NCBI GenBank assembly: GCA_964548325.1
Contig: CAZJPX010000002.1
Span: 1-29,544 of the forward strand
Direction of reading: 5' to 3'
Length of the DNA stretch: 29,544 bases
DNA from: an uncultured Staphylococcaceae bacterium
GTDB taxonomy: Bacteria > Bacillota_I > Bacilli_A > RFN20 > CAG-826
A program made the translations under genes and the position numbers. This document shows, piece after piece, positions 18,717 to 27,169 of the stretch (its first letter is position 1; each line of letters opens with the position of its first letter). Under the pieces are notes generated by a model. That model made no database searches, was not told the origin of the DNA, and saw only the letters and a list, made by a program, of their open reading frames with translations.

Positions 18717-19946
18717 TTATAAGTAGTCGTTAATTTCGGTGTATTTGTTTGGTTTATCATTTGAGATTCTTGAGATCTCATTGATTCGATGTAGATTGTT
18801 ATCGTTAAGAGATCCTTTATAACTAGCTGAAAAACAGATTGCTCCAACAGAGTTTGCCCACATTGGATCTTCACATCCGATGACATCTGTTTTTAATATC
18901 TTTATATCAAAGTTATTGGTGTAGTTTTTCTTAACAAAGTCAATTAAACCTTTGATCAAAGCTCCTTCTCCGGTGAACGTTAAACCGACCGTATGAATTA
19001 GATTTTCATTTGGTAGTAAGCTCTTAATTGCGTTTTTAACATATTCCATCCATTCATTGAAGAAAGGTATAACAACTAGCTGTAATTCGTTTTTATTAAA
19101 ACCTTTATTAGGTTTGTCTTTATATTTGTAGATATATGGATGATATGAAGATTGTCTCTCATCGATTCCATAGATAGTTAATAAAGTATTTGCTTCGTTG
19201 TAGGATATCTCAAAATTTGAGACGATTCGATCTAATAGATGTTCTTTACCATATGGGAAATATGTACTAGCGACAACATTATTATCTGAAACTATTGAGA
19301 CAGTTGTTATTTTTTCACCAAAATTGATTAAGAAGTAATTTGGTTTTCTTTGTTCTAATGTGTTTATAAGATAACTTACTCCACTTGGAGCGACAACCTC
19401 TTTTTTAACTTTAATTTTGGCAAGTTTTAAAGCTTTCTTTAAGTCTTCGACCATCTTATAAGGGAGGGTGTACATATTAGCCTTTATTGATAAAGTAGTT
19501 GATACTTCATTGATTGGAGGTTCATTATAGTTCTTCCTATTATCAAGTTGAAAGACAGTTGGTATCACATCAACTAAGACACTGTTTGGATCTGGTAGTT
19601 TTTCACGAGTGATATGAGATAAACAGTTTTGAATATCTAAAAGAGATATTCTTGAATCAAGCGATGATACATTAATGGTAGCCGAACTTGTGTAGACATC
19701 TAAACCATATGGAGGATAAATCAAAATTACCTCGTTTATGGCAATAGATAAACCGTTTTCTTCAATATGTTGTAATACGGATAAATCCTTTGCGAGTGTA
19801 TTAAAATCATATATGTCACAATCATATATTGATACTGATAGAGGAAAGACTTTCTTATAAATGATGTTCACTTTACCATTTAACATATATCCAACAGTCA
19901 CTTTAAACGTCGTATTTTGAATTTCTAATGTTGCTAATTGTTCCAT
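18717..19946 (-). CDS. ftsA: divergent cell division protein FtsA
   Basis: 409 aa immediately upstream of ftsZ. Actin-fold motifs are recognisable but degenerate (LEIQNTTFK, LINFGEKITTV, FTGEGALIKG, DPMWANSVGAI). Strong SD. Confidence 0.8.
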   Translation of the reverse strand: MEQLATLEIQNTTFKVTVGYMLNGKVNIIYKKVFPLSVSIYDCDIYDFNTLAKDLSVLQHIEENGLSIAINEVILIYPPYGLDVYTSSATINVSSLDSRISLLDIQNCLSHITREKLPDPNSVLVDVIPTVFQLDNRKNYNEPPINEVSTTLSIKANMYTLPYKMVEDLKKALKLAKIKVKKEVVAPSGVSYLINTLEQRKPNYFLINFGEKITTVSIVSDNNVVASTYFPYGKEHLLDRIVSNFEISYNEANTLLTIYGIDERQSSYHPYIYKYKDKPNKGFNKNELQLVVIPFFNEWMEYVKNAIKSLLPNENLIHTVGLTFTGEGALIKGLIDFVKKNYTNNFDIKILKTDVIGCEDPMWANSVGAICFSASYKGSLNDNNLHRINEISRISNDKPNKYTEINDYL

Positions 19947-20021
19947 AATTTTTTCTCCTCCTTTTTATGAAAAATTGCTCTAACTCTAATATTTAATTGT
20001 TATATGTCCTCTAATTAATTT

Positions 20022-20053
20022 AAAAAGGCAAATCTGAAGAAACGATTTGCCTT
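20022..20053 (-). terminator. intrinsic terminator after mraZ-rsmH-small ORFs
   Basis: AAGGCAAATC...GATTTGCCTT 10 bp inverted repeat followed by a T-run on the minus strand. Confidence 0.8.
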
Positions 20054-20072
20054 AAATAGGGAGGAACATTTA

Positions 20073-20291
20073 TCAATAAGTAAGTAAATCGTTATCTTCA
20101 ATATTTAAGTCTACAACTTCAGTGTTGGTGTTAATTTCGGCAGTAGTATCATTGAAACTGATAGTTGCAGCGATGCTGATTGGGATTGCTATTATTCCAA
20201 CAGCAACTAGGAATATAGCAATGTTCAACATAAATTTTTTAAAGACGTAAGTAATTGGTCTATGATTTGTTTTGAATAATTTATCTTCCAT
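20073..20291 (-). CDS. 72 aa single-TM hypothetical protein with acidic C-terminal tail (paralog of 20309-20440)
   Basis: SD GAGGT; MEDKLFKTNHRP...; hydrophobic stretch FMLNIAIFLVAVGIIAIPISIAATI. Confidence 0.75.
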   Translation of the reverse strand: MEDKLFKTNHRPITYVFKKFMLNIAIFLVAVGIIAIPISIAATISFNDTTAEINTNTEVVDLNIEDNDLLTY

Positions 20292-20308
20292 AACTTCTTA
20301 CCTCGCAT

Positions 20309-20440
20309 TTACTTATATAAGAATCTAATAACAGTATATGCCCCAACAAGAAGTAAGCTAAAGGCAGCAAGAAGTTTTTGAAAGTTATAATAACTTGGTC
20401 CATGATTTGACTTAACTAATTTATCTTCCATCTTCTCCAT
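20309..20440 (-). CDS. 43 aa single-TM microprotein (not in ORF track)
   Basis: SD AAAGGAGG overlapping the rsmH stop. MEKMEDKLVKSNHGPSYYNFQKLLAAFSLLLVGAYTVIRFLYK*. N-terminus similar to the next ORF. Confidence 0.7.
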   Translation of the reverse strand: MEKMEDKLVKSNHGPSYYNFQKLLAAFSLLLVGAYTVIRFLYK

Positions 20441-20453
20441 ATTTTTGCCTCCT

Positions 20454-21395
20454 TTATTTAACTTTTTCTAATACTCTGAGCTTTGCAGATTTTGAACGAT
20501 AATTGAAGTTAATTTCTTCATCTGTTGGAGTCATCACCTTTTTATTTACTAGTTTAAACGATGGCTGTTCAATTGACCTTGGATCGATCAGATCGTTTGT
20601 TCTATTACCTTCGATAACAGAATATTTTTTAAAAATATTTTTAACGATTCGATCCTCTAATGAATGAAACGAGATAACTACAACTCGACCTTTTATTTTT
20701 AAAAGATTGATTGAATCTTCTAAAGATGTAGCTAGCGCATTTAATTCATCATTCACTTCAATTCGAAGTGCTTGGAACACCTGTTTAGCAGGATGTCCAA
20801 TCTTAGATAGTTCTTTTGTTGGTTTAGCACTTTTAATAATATCCACTAAATCAAATGTTGAACTGATCTCTTTTTGTTGACGTCTAAGAACGATTTGATT
20901 TGCTATCTGATATGCATATTTTTCTTCACCATAATTTTTGAAGACTCTCACGAGTTCTTTAAACGGATATGTGTTAACGATCTCTTTTGCATTTAGACTT
21001 TGATCTAAATCCATTCGCATATCAAGTGTGGCATCATATCGATAGGAGAATCCTCTTTCACCTTTATCAAATTGAGGAGAAGAGACACCTAAATCGTATA
21101 AAACACCATCTACAGCTGTTATATTCAAAGAAGACATAATCGATTTGATGTTTCTAAAGTTGTCTTTGATAACTTTAAAGTTACTACCAATCTTTTTTAA
21201 TTCTTCTTTTGAATATTCAATTGCTTCGATATCTTGATCAACTCCAATTAGAAGTCCATTTGGAATCTTTCTTAATATCTGTTTTGAATGACCTGCTCTA
21301 CCTAAGGTTAAATCTAGATAGATTCCGTCGGTTTTAATATCTAAGTTAGTGATCACCTCATCTAACATCACCGAATAATGATAATTACCACTCAT
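20454..21395 (-). CDS. rsmH: 16S rRNA m4C1402 methyltransferase RsmH (MraW)
   Basis: HYSVML, DLTLGRAGHS, DLGVSSPQFD, RGFSY, LDMRMD, ISFHSLEDR, RSKSAKLR. Start likely ATG 21395 overlapping the mraZ end. Confidence 0.98.
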   Translation of the reverse strand: MSGNYHYSVMLDEVITNLDIKTDGIYLDLTLGRAGHSKQILRKIPNGLLIGVDQDIEAIEYSKEELKKIGSNFKVIKDNFRNIKSIMSSLNITAVDGVLYDLGVSSPQFDKGERGFSYRYDATLDMRMDLDQSLNAKEIVNTYPFKELVRVFKNYGEEKYAYQIANQIVLRRQQKEISSTFDLVDIIKSAKPTKELSKIGHPAKQVFQALRIEVNDELNALATSLEDSINLLKIKGRVVVISFHSLEDRIVKNIFKKYSVIEGNRTNDLIDPRSIEQPSFKLVNKKVMTPTDEEINFNYRSKSAKLRVLEKVK

Positions 21396-21822
21396 TTTCA
21401 AACAATGATTCGATTGTTTCTTCTAAATTTGAGTCGGTACCTTCAACGTATTCTTTCCAGGCATTGAGTTCCCAAATTTCGATATGATCATTAACTCCAA
21501 CTATCGCAACCTTTGATGTAATCTGTAGTTTCTCAAGATACTTCTTAGGAATGAGGATTCTTCCACTTCCATCGGTTTCAACCTTCTCAACAGAAGCAAG
21601 GAAGTTTCTCATGATTTTACGAGCATCGGCTTTGGCTTCAAACACCCTAGCTTCAAGTTTTAGGACAAATTCATCAAATCCTTCTTCAGTGTATAGCGAA
21701 ATACAACCATCAAATCCTCTAATAATGTAGAGAATCTTGGTTTCATCGCATCTCATCTTACTAGGAAGACAGACGCGACCCTTGTTATCAAGGCTATACT
21801 CGAAACTTCCAAAGAATCTCAT
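21385..21822 (-). CDS. mraZ: transcriptional regulator MraZ
   Basis: DNKGRVCLP and DGSGRILIP repeats, GVNDHIEIW. Start at ATG 21822 gives 145 aa; the ORF-track extension to 21870 runs over the operator. Confidence 0.97.
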   Translation of the reverse strand: MRFFGSFEYSLDNKGRVCLPSKMRCDETKILYIIRGFDGCISLYTEEGFDEFVLKLEARVFEAKADARKIMRNFLASVEKVETDGSGRILIPKKYLEKLQITSKVAIVGVNDHIEIWELNAWKEYVEGTDSNLEETIESLFENEW

Positions 21823-21825
21823 TTG

Positions 21826-21849
21826 CACTTTCTCCCACTTTCTCCCACC
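21826..21849 (-). promoter_or_regulatory. MraZ operator (10 bp periodic GTGGG repeats)
   Basis: GTGGGAGAAA-GTGGGAGAAA-GTG immediately before the mraZ ATG, fitting the known MraZ box arrangement. Extended -10 TG-TATTAT near 21862-21869. Confidence 0.85.
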
Positions 21850-21898
21850 AGGTGTACTTAAATAATACAACTTGATTTTTTTTCTGTAAAACTAAAAA

Positions 21899-22022
21899 CA
21901 AGAATTTTTAAAATTATTTTTTGTCGCTGTCAAAAAAATAAAAACAAAGACGCTATACTATGTATAGCGTCTTTAGTTAATTAAACTTCTCTATATAGAC
22001 CATGAAATTTTAAAAATTCTTG
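21899..22022. repeat. perfect 17 bp inverted repeat pair enclosing the terminator hairpin
   Basis: CAAGAATTTTTAAAATT at 21899-21915 and its exact reverse complement at 22006-22022. Confidence 0.85.
21932..21974 (-). terminator. intrinsic terminator of pheS-pheT-DUF177
   Basis: AAAGACGCTATAC-TAT-GTATAGCGTCTTT perfect 13 bp stem (21946-21974), followed by GTTTTTATTTTTTT on the minus strand. Confidence 0.88.
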
Positions 22023-22095
22023 GTTTTTTTAGAAAAAACAGGATTTTTGCAAAGTTTTTTATAAATACACGAGGATATAGAGTAAATAAGGATTT

Positions 22096-22581
22096 TTATT
22101 CTTCAACATTTTTTAATATTTTGTCTAATTTCTCCGATAGAGGAAAGGTCTCTGATTTAACATCTTCTTCTTGAAGAATCTTTATTCCACTAATTGAAGT
22201 AGTGTCTTCGCCCTCCTTATATGGGTTAATAGGAATGCTGACGAGCACTAATGAATAAAGAATTTCATCAAAATCAATCATATTGTTGATTAAAAAAACC
22301 TCTTCAGACTCATAATTTTCATTATCTGTGAAATATAATTTGTCTTTTATTTCAATATTTGTCTTAAAAGGTTTAAATGAATAAGAGCTAATAAGACTAA
22401 GATCTATTGTCCCTTTTATTTTAATTTCAAGGATTTCATCTATTTTTTTGATAAAAAAAGTAACGATTCCGCCATTAAAAGATTGAATATCTTTAGATTG
22501 GTTAAGATTATTAAGTAAAGTTTTGTTAACCTGATATTCAATTAGCTCATCATCTTTAAAACTATTAAAATATCTTCTCAT
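22096..22581 (-). CDS. DUF177/YceD-family protein
   Basis: 161 aa with IKGTIDLSLISSYSFKPF and IDFDEILYSLVLVSIP segments typical of YceD/YlbN; lacks the Cys motifs; lies upstream of mraZ as in Bacillus. Confidence 0.75.
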   Translation of the reverse strand: MRRYFNSFKDDELIEYQVNKTLLNNLNQSKDIQSFNGGIVTFFIKKIDEILEIKIKGTIDLSLISSYSFKPFKTNIEIKDKLYFTDNENYESEEVFLINNMIDFDEILYSLVLVSIPINPYKEGEDTTSISGIKILQEEDVKSETFPLSEKLDKILKNVEE

Positions 22582-22584
22582 TTT

Positions 22585-24981
22585 TTATTTCCTTAAGGTG
22601 ACTTTGATTTTATTTTCTAGATAATCTTTAATTTTTAAATCAACTTCAACGATTTCATTTTCTTTTAAAGTGTGATCTAAACTTTGGAATGTGACAGTGA
22701 AAGCAACTGATTTTAATCCATCTTCGACATTGAGCTTTTCAAAAACATCAAAAACATTGATCTCTTTTATAAGTGAAGATAGTTTTTTTAATTCAGTTTT
22801 CAATTTTCCATATTCAAAAGCCTTATCAACAATTATTGCATAATCTCTTGTCGAGCTAGGATAAATAGGAATCGTTTCATATTTATTATTTTTTGATTTT
22901 GTTTCAAATAATAATGTTAGATTTAGTTCAAGTGCGACCATATTTTCTTTAATGATGCCGTATTCTTTTAATTTAAGTGGATGAATCTCACCAAATTTAG
23001 CTAGTGGCTTGTTATCAAGCAGTATCTCTGCACTCTTATATGGGTGGAACAGTTTATTTTCTTCTAAAGCTTTTAGCTTGATTCTAGATTCTTGGATGTT
23101 AAATTGGTCTAGTATCGATTCAACTATTCCTTTTGCATCAAAGTATGAAAATTTAACAAATCCATACTTATCTTGTTGATATTTATTGCCTAGAAGAACA
23201 ACAGATAAATGTTCTTCAAGTTTAGTCTTAGATGTGACTTTAGAAATTTCAAAGAAAGCGACATCTTTTTGTTCATGGTTATAGTTATATACAGTGACAT
23301 CAATCAAAGAAGGAGTGATGGCGCTTCTTACATATTTATGTTCTTCTGTCAATGGATTACATATCACATAAACATCGTCTTTTGTAAAAATTTTGCACAA
23401 ATCTAAACTATTTTTATCAATTAATGTATAAGTTAAGGCTTCACTTACTCCTTTAGAAATTAAGAAATTTTCAAGCCATCTCTTTTGTCTTCCATACTTA
23501 TGAAGTTTACCTACAGTAGTATCAGTTGTTGGAAGAATAGACTTAATATTTTCTAGTCCTAAATATCTGATGACCTCTTCTGCAATATCAGCCTTACCAG
23601 CGATGTCTATTCTAAATGAAGGTACTTTTATAACAAACGCTCCTCCTCCAACTGATGTGACTTTAAAGTATAGTTTAGTTAAAACATTTTTAATTGTCAT
23701 AGCATTAAAATCGGTTCCAAGTTTATTATTTATATAGTCTTTAGATACTTTGATAACTTGTTCCTTATCTTTAATTACATCATATTTTAAAAGGTTAGAT
23801 ATGTCACTAAATTTTATATACTTCTTTAGTATATTGGTCGTTAGATTCATAGTATAGATTGCAGTTTTTGTACTTTGATCAATTCCTTTTATAAATCTTT
23901 GGGATGAATCAGATGATAGACCAAGTCGTGTCGATGTTTTTCTAATTTGAGTAGAATTAAAACTAGCAACCTCAATCAAGATATTTTTTGTTTTTTCAGT
24001 TATTTCGCTATTTTCACCACCAAGTATTCCTCCAAGACATACAGGTATACCTTTATTTGTAGTAACAGTTAAATCACCTTTTTTAATTTGATATTTTTTT
24101 CCATCAAGTCCGACAAGTTTTTGTTCAATATCATCTTTAACTATTAAATCATTTTTTAAATTATCAAAATCATATATATGTAGAGGTCTACCAGTTAACA
24201 ACATGATGTAATTACCTAGATCTACTACATTATTTCTACTTCTTATGCCAGAGGCATTCAATATTTCTTTTAACCATTTAGGAGATTCTTCAATCTTTAT
24301 TCCTTTTACAATTTTTCCATAAAATTGCTTGCAGTTATTGGATGTTGAACCGACTTTAAATTTCTTTTCAAGGTATGTTTGGTTCTCTCTACAAATAGGA
24401 AGTTTAACTTTTAAATTAAATAATGCTGCTATTTCTCGCGCTACATTAAATAGAGCATAACAATCACTTCTATTAGCAAGCAAAGATAAATTTAAAACTG
24501 TATCATCTAATCCTAGATATCCTAAAACATCGGTCTCCCCAACTTTAGAAGAACTTGGTAGTTCCTCAATTCCGTTGATTTGTTCTTCACTCAAATATTT
24601 TCTATCAACACCTAACTCTAACAATGAACATAACATTCCATTTGATGTATGACCTTTTATGGTAGTAGCTTTAATTTCTATATCTTTTAATTTTGCTCCA
24701 ACTTTAGCAACGATTACTTTTAAACCAGCTCTGACATTTGGTGCACCACATACGATATCCAATGATTCTTTACCAATATTAACTTTACATATTGAAAGAT
24801 GATCGCTTCCTTCTATTTTTTGACATGTTATAACTTGACCTATAACTAGGTTTGTACCGGTTGCAAATTTGGTTATCTCTTCTACTTCAATTCCTGCAAA
24901 TGTTAGCTTTTTTGCAATATCTTCAACATCAAGAGATGATATATTCACATATTTTGAAATTTCTTTTAAACTCACTAACAT
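22585..24981 (-). CDS. pheT: phenylalanine--tRNA ligase beta subunit
   Basis: IVCGAPNV, SNGMLCS, NRSDC, PSFRIDI, NPL..E..R, C-terminal FDX-ACB domain (RDYAI, SVAFTV). Confidence 0.98.
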   Translation of the reverse strand: MLVSLKEISKYVNISSLDVEDIAKKLTFAGIEVEEITKFATGTNLVIGQVITCQKIEGSDHLSICKVNIGKESLDIVCGAPNVRAGLKVIVAKVGAKLKDIEIKATTIKGHTSNGMLCSLLELGVDRKYLSEEQINGIEELPSSSKVGETDVLGYLGLDDTVLNLSLLANRSDCYALFNVAREIAALFNLKVKLPICRENQTYLEKKFKVGSTSNNCKQFYGKIVKGIKIEESPKWLKEILNASGIRSRNNVVDLGNYIMLLTGRPLHIYDFDNLKNDLIVKDDIEQKLVGLDGKKYQIKKGDLTVTTNKGIPVCLGGILGGENSEITEKTKNILIEVASFNSTQIRKTSTRLGLSSDSSQRFIKGIDQSTKTAIYTMNLTTNILKKYIKFSDISNLLKYDVIKDKEQVIKVSKDYINNKLGTDFNAMTIKNVLTKLYFKVTSVGGGAFVIKVPSFRIDIAGKADIAEEVIRYLGLENIKSILPTTDTTVGKLHKYGRQKRWLENFLISKGVSEALTYTLIDKNSLDLCKIFTKDDVYVICNPLTEEHKYVRSAITPSLIDVTVYNYNHEQKDVAFFEISKVTSKTKLEEHLSVVLLGNKYQQDKYGFVKFSYFDAKGIVESILDQFNIQESRIKLKALEENKLFHPYKSAEILLDNKPLAKFGEIHPLKLKEYGIIKENMVALELNLTLLFETKSKNNKYETIPIYPSSTRDYAIIVDKAFEYGKLKTELKKLSSLIKEINVFDVFEKLNVEDGLKSVAFTVTFQSLDHTLKENEIVEVDLKIKDYLENKIKVTLRK

Positions 24982-24983
24982 AA

Positions 24984-26027
24984 TTAATCCTCTACTTTCT
25001 TATTAAAACTTGATAAAAAACGAATGTCGTTTTGATAAAAACGTCTTATATCATCGATGCCATACCTCAGCATTGCAACACGTTCAATTCCGATTCCAAA
25101 TGCAAAACCAGAGTAAATCTCTGGATCATATCCATTCATCTCTAATACTTTTGGATTAACCATACCAGCACCAAGTATTTCTATCCATCCAGTATGTTTA
25201 CACATCGAACATCCTTTTCCATCACATTTAATACAAGAAATATCTACCTCTACAGATGGTTCAGTGAATGGAAAATATGAACTTCTTAATCTAATTTCTC
25301 TTTTTTTTCCAAACATTGCTCTAGCAAATAATTCAAGCGTTCCTTTAAGATGTCCTAAATTGATATTTTTATCAATAACTAATCCTTCTACTTGTCCAAA
25401 TTGATGTGAATGAGTGACATCGTCATCATCTCTTCGATACACTTTACCAGGACATATTATTTTTACAGGTTGACCTTTAGCTCGTTCCATCACTCTAGCT
25501 TGAACAGGAGAAGTGTGAGTTCTAAGTAAAGTCGTCTTATCTATATATAATGAATCTTGCATATCTCGAGCTGGATGATTACTTGGTATGTTCAATAGTT
25601 CAAAGTTATACTTATCAAGTTCTACCTCTGGCCCATCGGCGATACTATAACCCATTCCAACAAAGATATCTTCGATTTCATTTATCACTTTAAAGAATGG
25701 ATTAACATACCCGACATTATAATTGACTCCTGGAAAAGATATATCAATCTTATCTTTTAATAATTCTTCTTGGAGAGCTTCTGAATCATATTTTTGTTGT
25801 TTTTCTAAGAATATATTTTCAACAAATGTCTTAAGTTCATTAAATCCTTCGCCAAATGATTTCTTATCATCGACTTCTCTAATTTTGGTCATTATTAAAG
25901 GAATAACACCTTTTTTAGATAAATACTTTATTCTTAATGCAGAAAAATCAGCATAATCTTTGACGCTTTCTAAATCATCAATAAATTCTTGTTTCATCTT
26001 TTCGAAGTATTTCTTATAGTCTTCCAT
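24984..26027 (-). CDS. pheS: phenylalanine--tRNA ligase alpha subunit
   Basis: HPARDMQDS, LRTHTSPVQ, HSHQFGQVEG, YFPFTEPS, GWIEILGAG, GFAFGIGIER. Confidence 0.99.
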   Translation of the reverse strand: MEDYKKYFEKMKQEFIDDLESVKDYADFSALRIKYLSKKGVIPLIMTKIREVDDKKSFGEGFNELKTFVENIFLEKQQKYDSEALQEELLKDKIDISFPGVNYNVGYVNPFFKVINEIEDIFVGMGYSIADGPEVELDKYNFELLNIPSNHPARDMQDSLYIDKTTLLRTHTSPVQARVMERAKGQPVKIICPGKVYRRDDDDVTHSHQFGQVEGLVIDKNINLGHLKGTLELFARAMFGKKREIRLRSSYFPFTEPSVEVDISCIKCDGKGCSMCKHTGWIEILGAGMVNPKVLEMNGYDPEIYSGFAFGIGIERVAMLRYGIDDIRRFYQNDIRFLSSFNKKVED

Positions 26028-26048
26028 ATAATGCCCCCTTTATTAAAT

Positions 26049-26241
26049 AAAAAAGAATTAGTTAGGAACGAATCTAATCCGCGTTACCATCCTAATTCTT
26101 TATTTTATATAAAGCACTTAATTTATTTTCTTTTTAAATAAAAAGATAACTCGCTCGAAGGTGAATTCATTAAGTTTTACTTGAAGAGTTCTCACCTATT
26201 CTCTTCTCTCTGTTAAGGTATTTTCTTAATTACTACTCCTT
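26049..26241 (-). promoter_or_regulatory. T-box riboswitch, Phe specifier
   Basis: T-box AGGATGGTAACGCG (26093-26080). Stem I has AAGG/CCTT, ATTAAG/CTTAAT and GAAGAG/CTCTTC helices, AGAGA and GGTGAGA motifs, and GAA-TTC-A with specifier TTC (Phe) at 26165-26163. Confidence 0.93.
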
Positions 26242-26256
26242 GTCAACGCTAAGATA

Positions 26257-26285
26257 ATTCTATCACATTAATTGTTAATCTTGAA
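26257..26285 (-). promoter_or_regulatory. sigma-A-type promoter for the pheS leader
   Basis: TTCAAG (26285-26280), 17 nt, extended -10 TG-A-TAGAAT (26265-26257). Confidence 0.6.
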
Positions 26286-26411
26286 TTAAATGAATATTAA
26301 TAATTTATTATAGTTGTTAATTAAAACTAATATTATTAAATCTTGCAAAATAAATAAATTGTTAAATTGTAAATGATTTTTGCATTGTTTTTATAAATTA
26401 TTACAAGGATT

Positions 26412-27155
26412 TTAGTCTATATTTTGTGCTATTTTATATAAAATTATCCCAGCTGCAACACCAACATTTAATGAATCTATTGATGATGAAATTTCAATTT
26501 TTATTAAGAGGTCACAAAGATTTTCTATTTCTTTTTTTATGCCATTACCTTCATTGCCAAAGATGATTACAAATTTATTATTGTCTAATACAACATTATC
26601 AAGATTTTTAGATACAGTAGATAGTGAAGTACCAAATATTTTATATTTATATTTTTCTTTCAATAATTTAATTGTTCCTATATCTCCGCTTTCTATATTT
26701 ACCTCAAATATCGCTCCTTGAGATGATTGAATAACTTTTTGGTTATATAGATATGATGAGTCAGTTGATAGAATTATATTTCTAAAGTTAAATGCTAATG
26801 CAGTTCTAATTATTGTTCCTACATTTCCAGGATCTTGTATTGCATCCAAATATAAAATAGGTTTTGTGTAATCTATTTTGCTATCAATAAATCTACATAT
26901 ACCAATCACATCAGGAACACTTATAGAACTTGATATCTTTTTTAAAATTTCTTTATTTACAATGTATTGATTAATAGAGTCATCTAATTTTAATTTTTTA
27001 GTTGTAAATACAGTTTCTAAATATAATTTAGACATCTCTAAAAGATGTTCTCCTTCTATTAGAAATCTCTTTTCCTTTTTAATATCAGAATTATTTTTTA
27101 ATGAGCAGGCATATTTTACTATCTCGTTATGAATTGATGTGATTTCTTTTATCAT
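26412..27155 (-). CDS. TrmH/SpoU-family RNA 2'-O-methyltransferase
   Basis: FLIEGEHL, LDAIQDPGNVGTIIRTA, IFGNEGNGI, IDSLNVGVAAGI; next to pheS like Bacillus ysgA. Confidence 0.93.
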   Translation of the reverse strand: MIKEITSIHNEIVKYACSLKNNSDIKKEKRFLIEGEHLLEMSKLYLETVFTTKKLKLDDSINQYIVNKEILKKISSSISVPDVIGICRFIDSKIDYTKPILYLDAIQDPGNVGTIIRTALAFNFRNIILSTDSSYLYNQKVIQSSQGAIFEVNIESGDIGTIKLLKEKYKYKIFGTSLSTVSKNLDNVVLDNNKFVIIFGNEGNGIKKEIENLCDLLIKIEISSSIDSLNVGVAAGIILYKIAQNID

Positions 27156-27169
27156 TCTTATTATTCCTC

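Noticed and set aside
3649-25070. AGG->Met reassignment known from another uncultivated Bacilli clade
   Set aside because: The AGG codons I checked fall at Arg-type positions (EngB DSR, PheS MLRYG).
26241-26246. Perfect TTGACA on the minus strand
   Set aside because: No -10 at the proper spacing; it lies at the start of the T-box leader.
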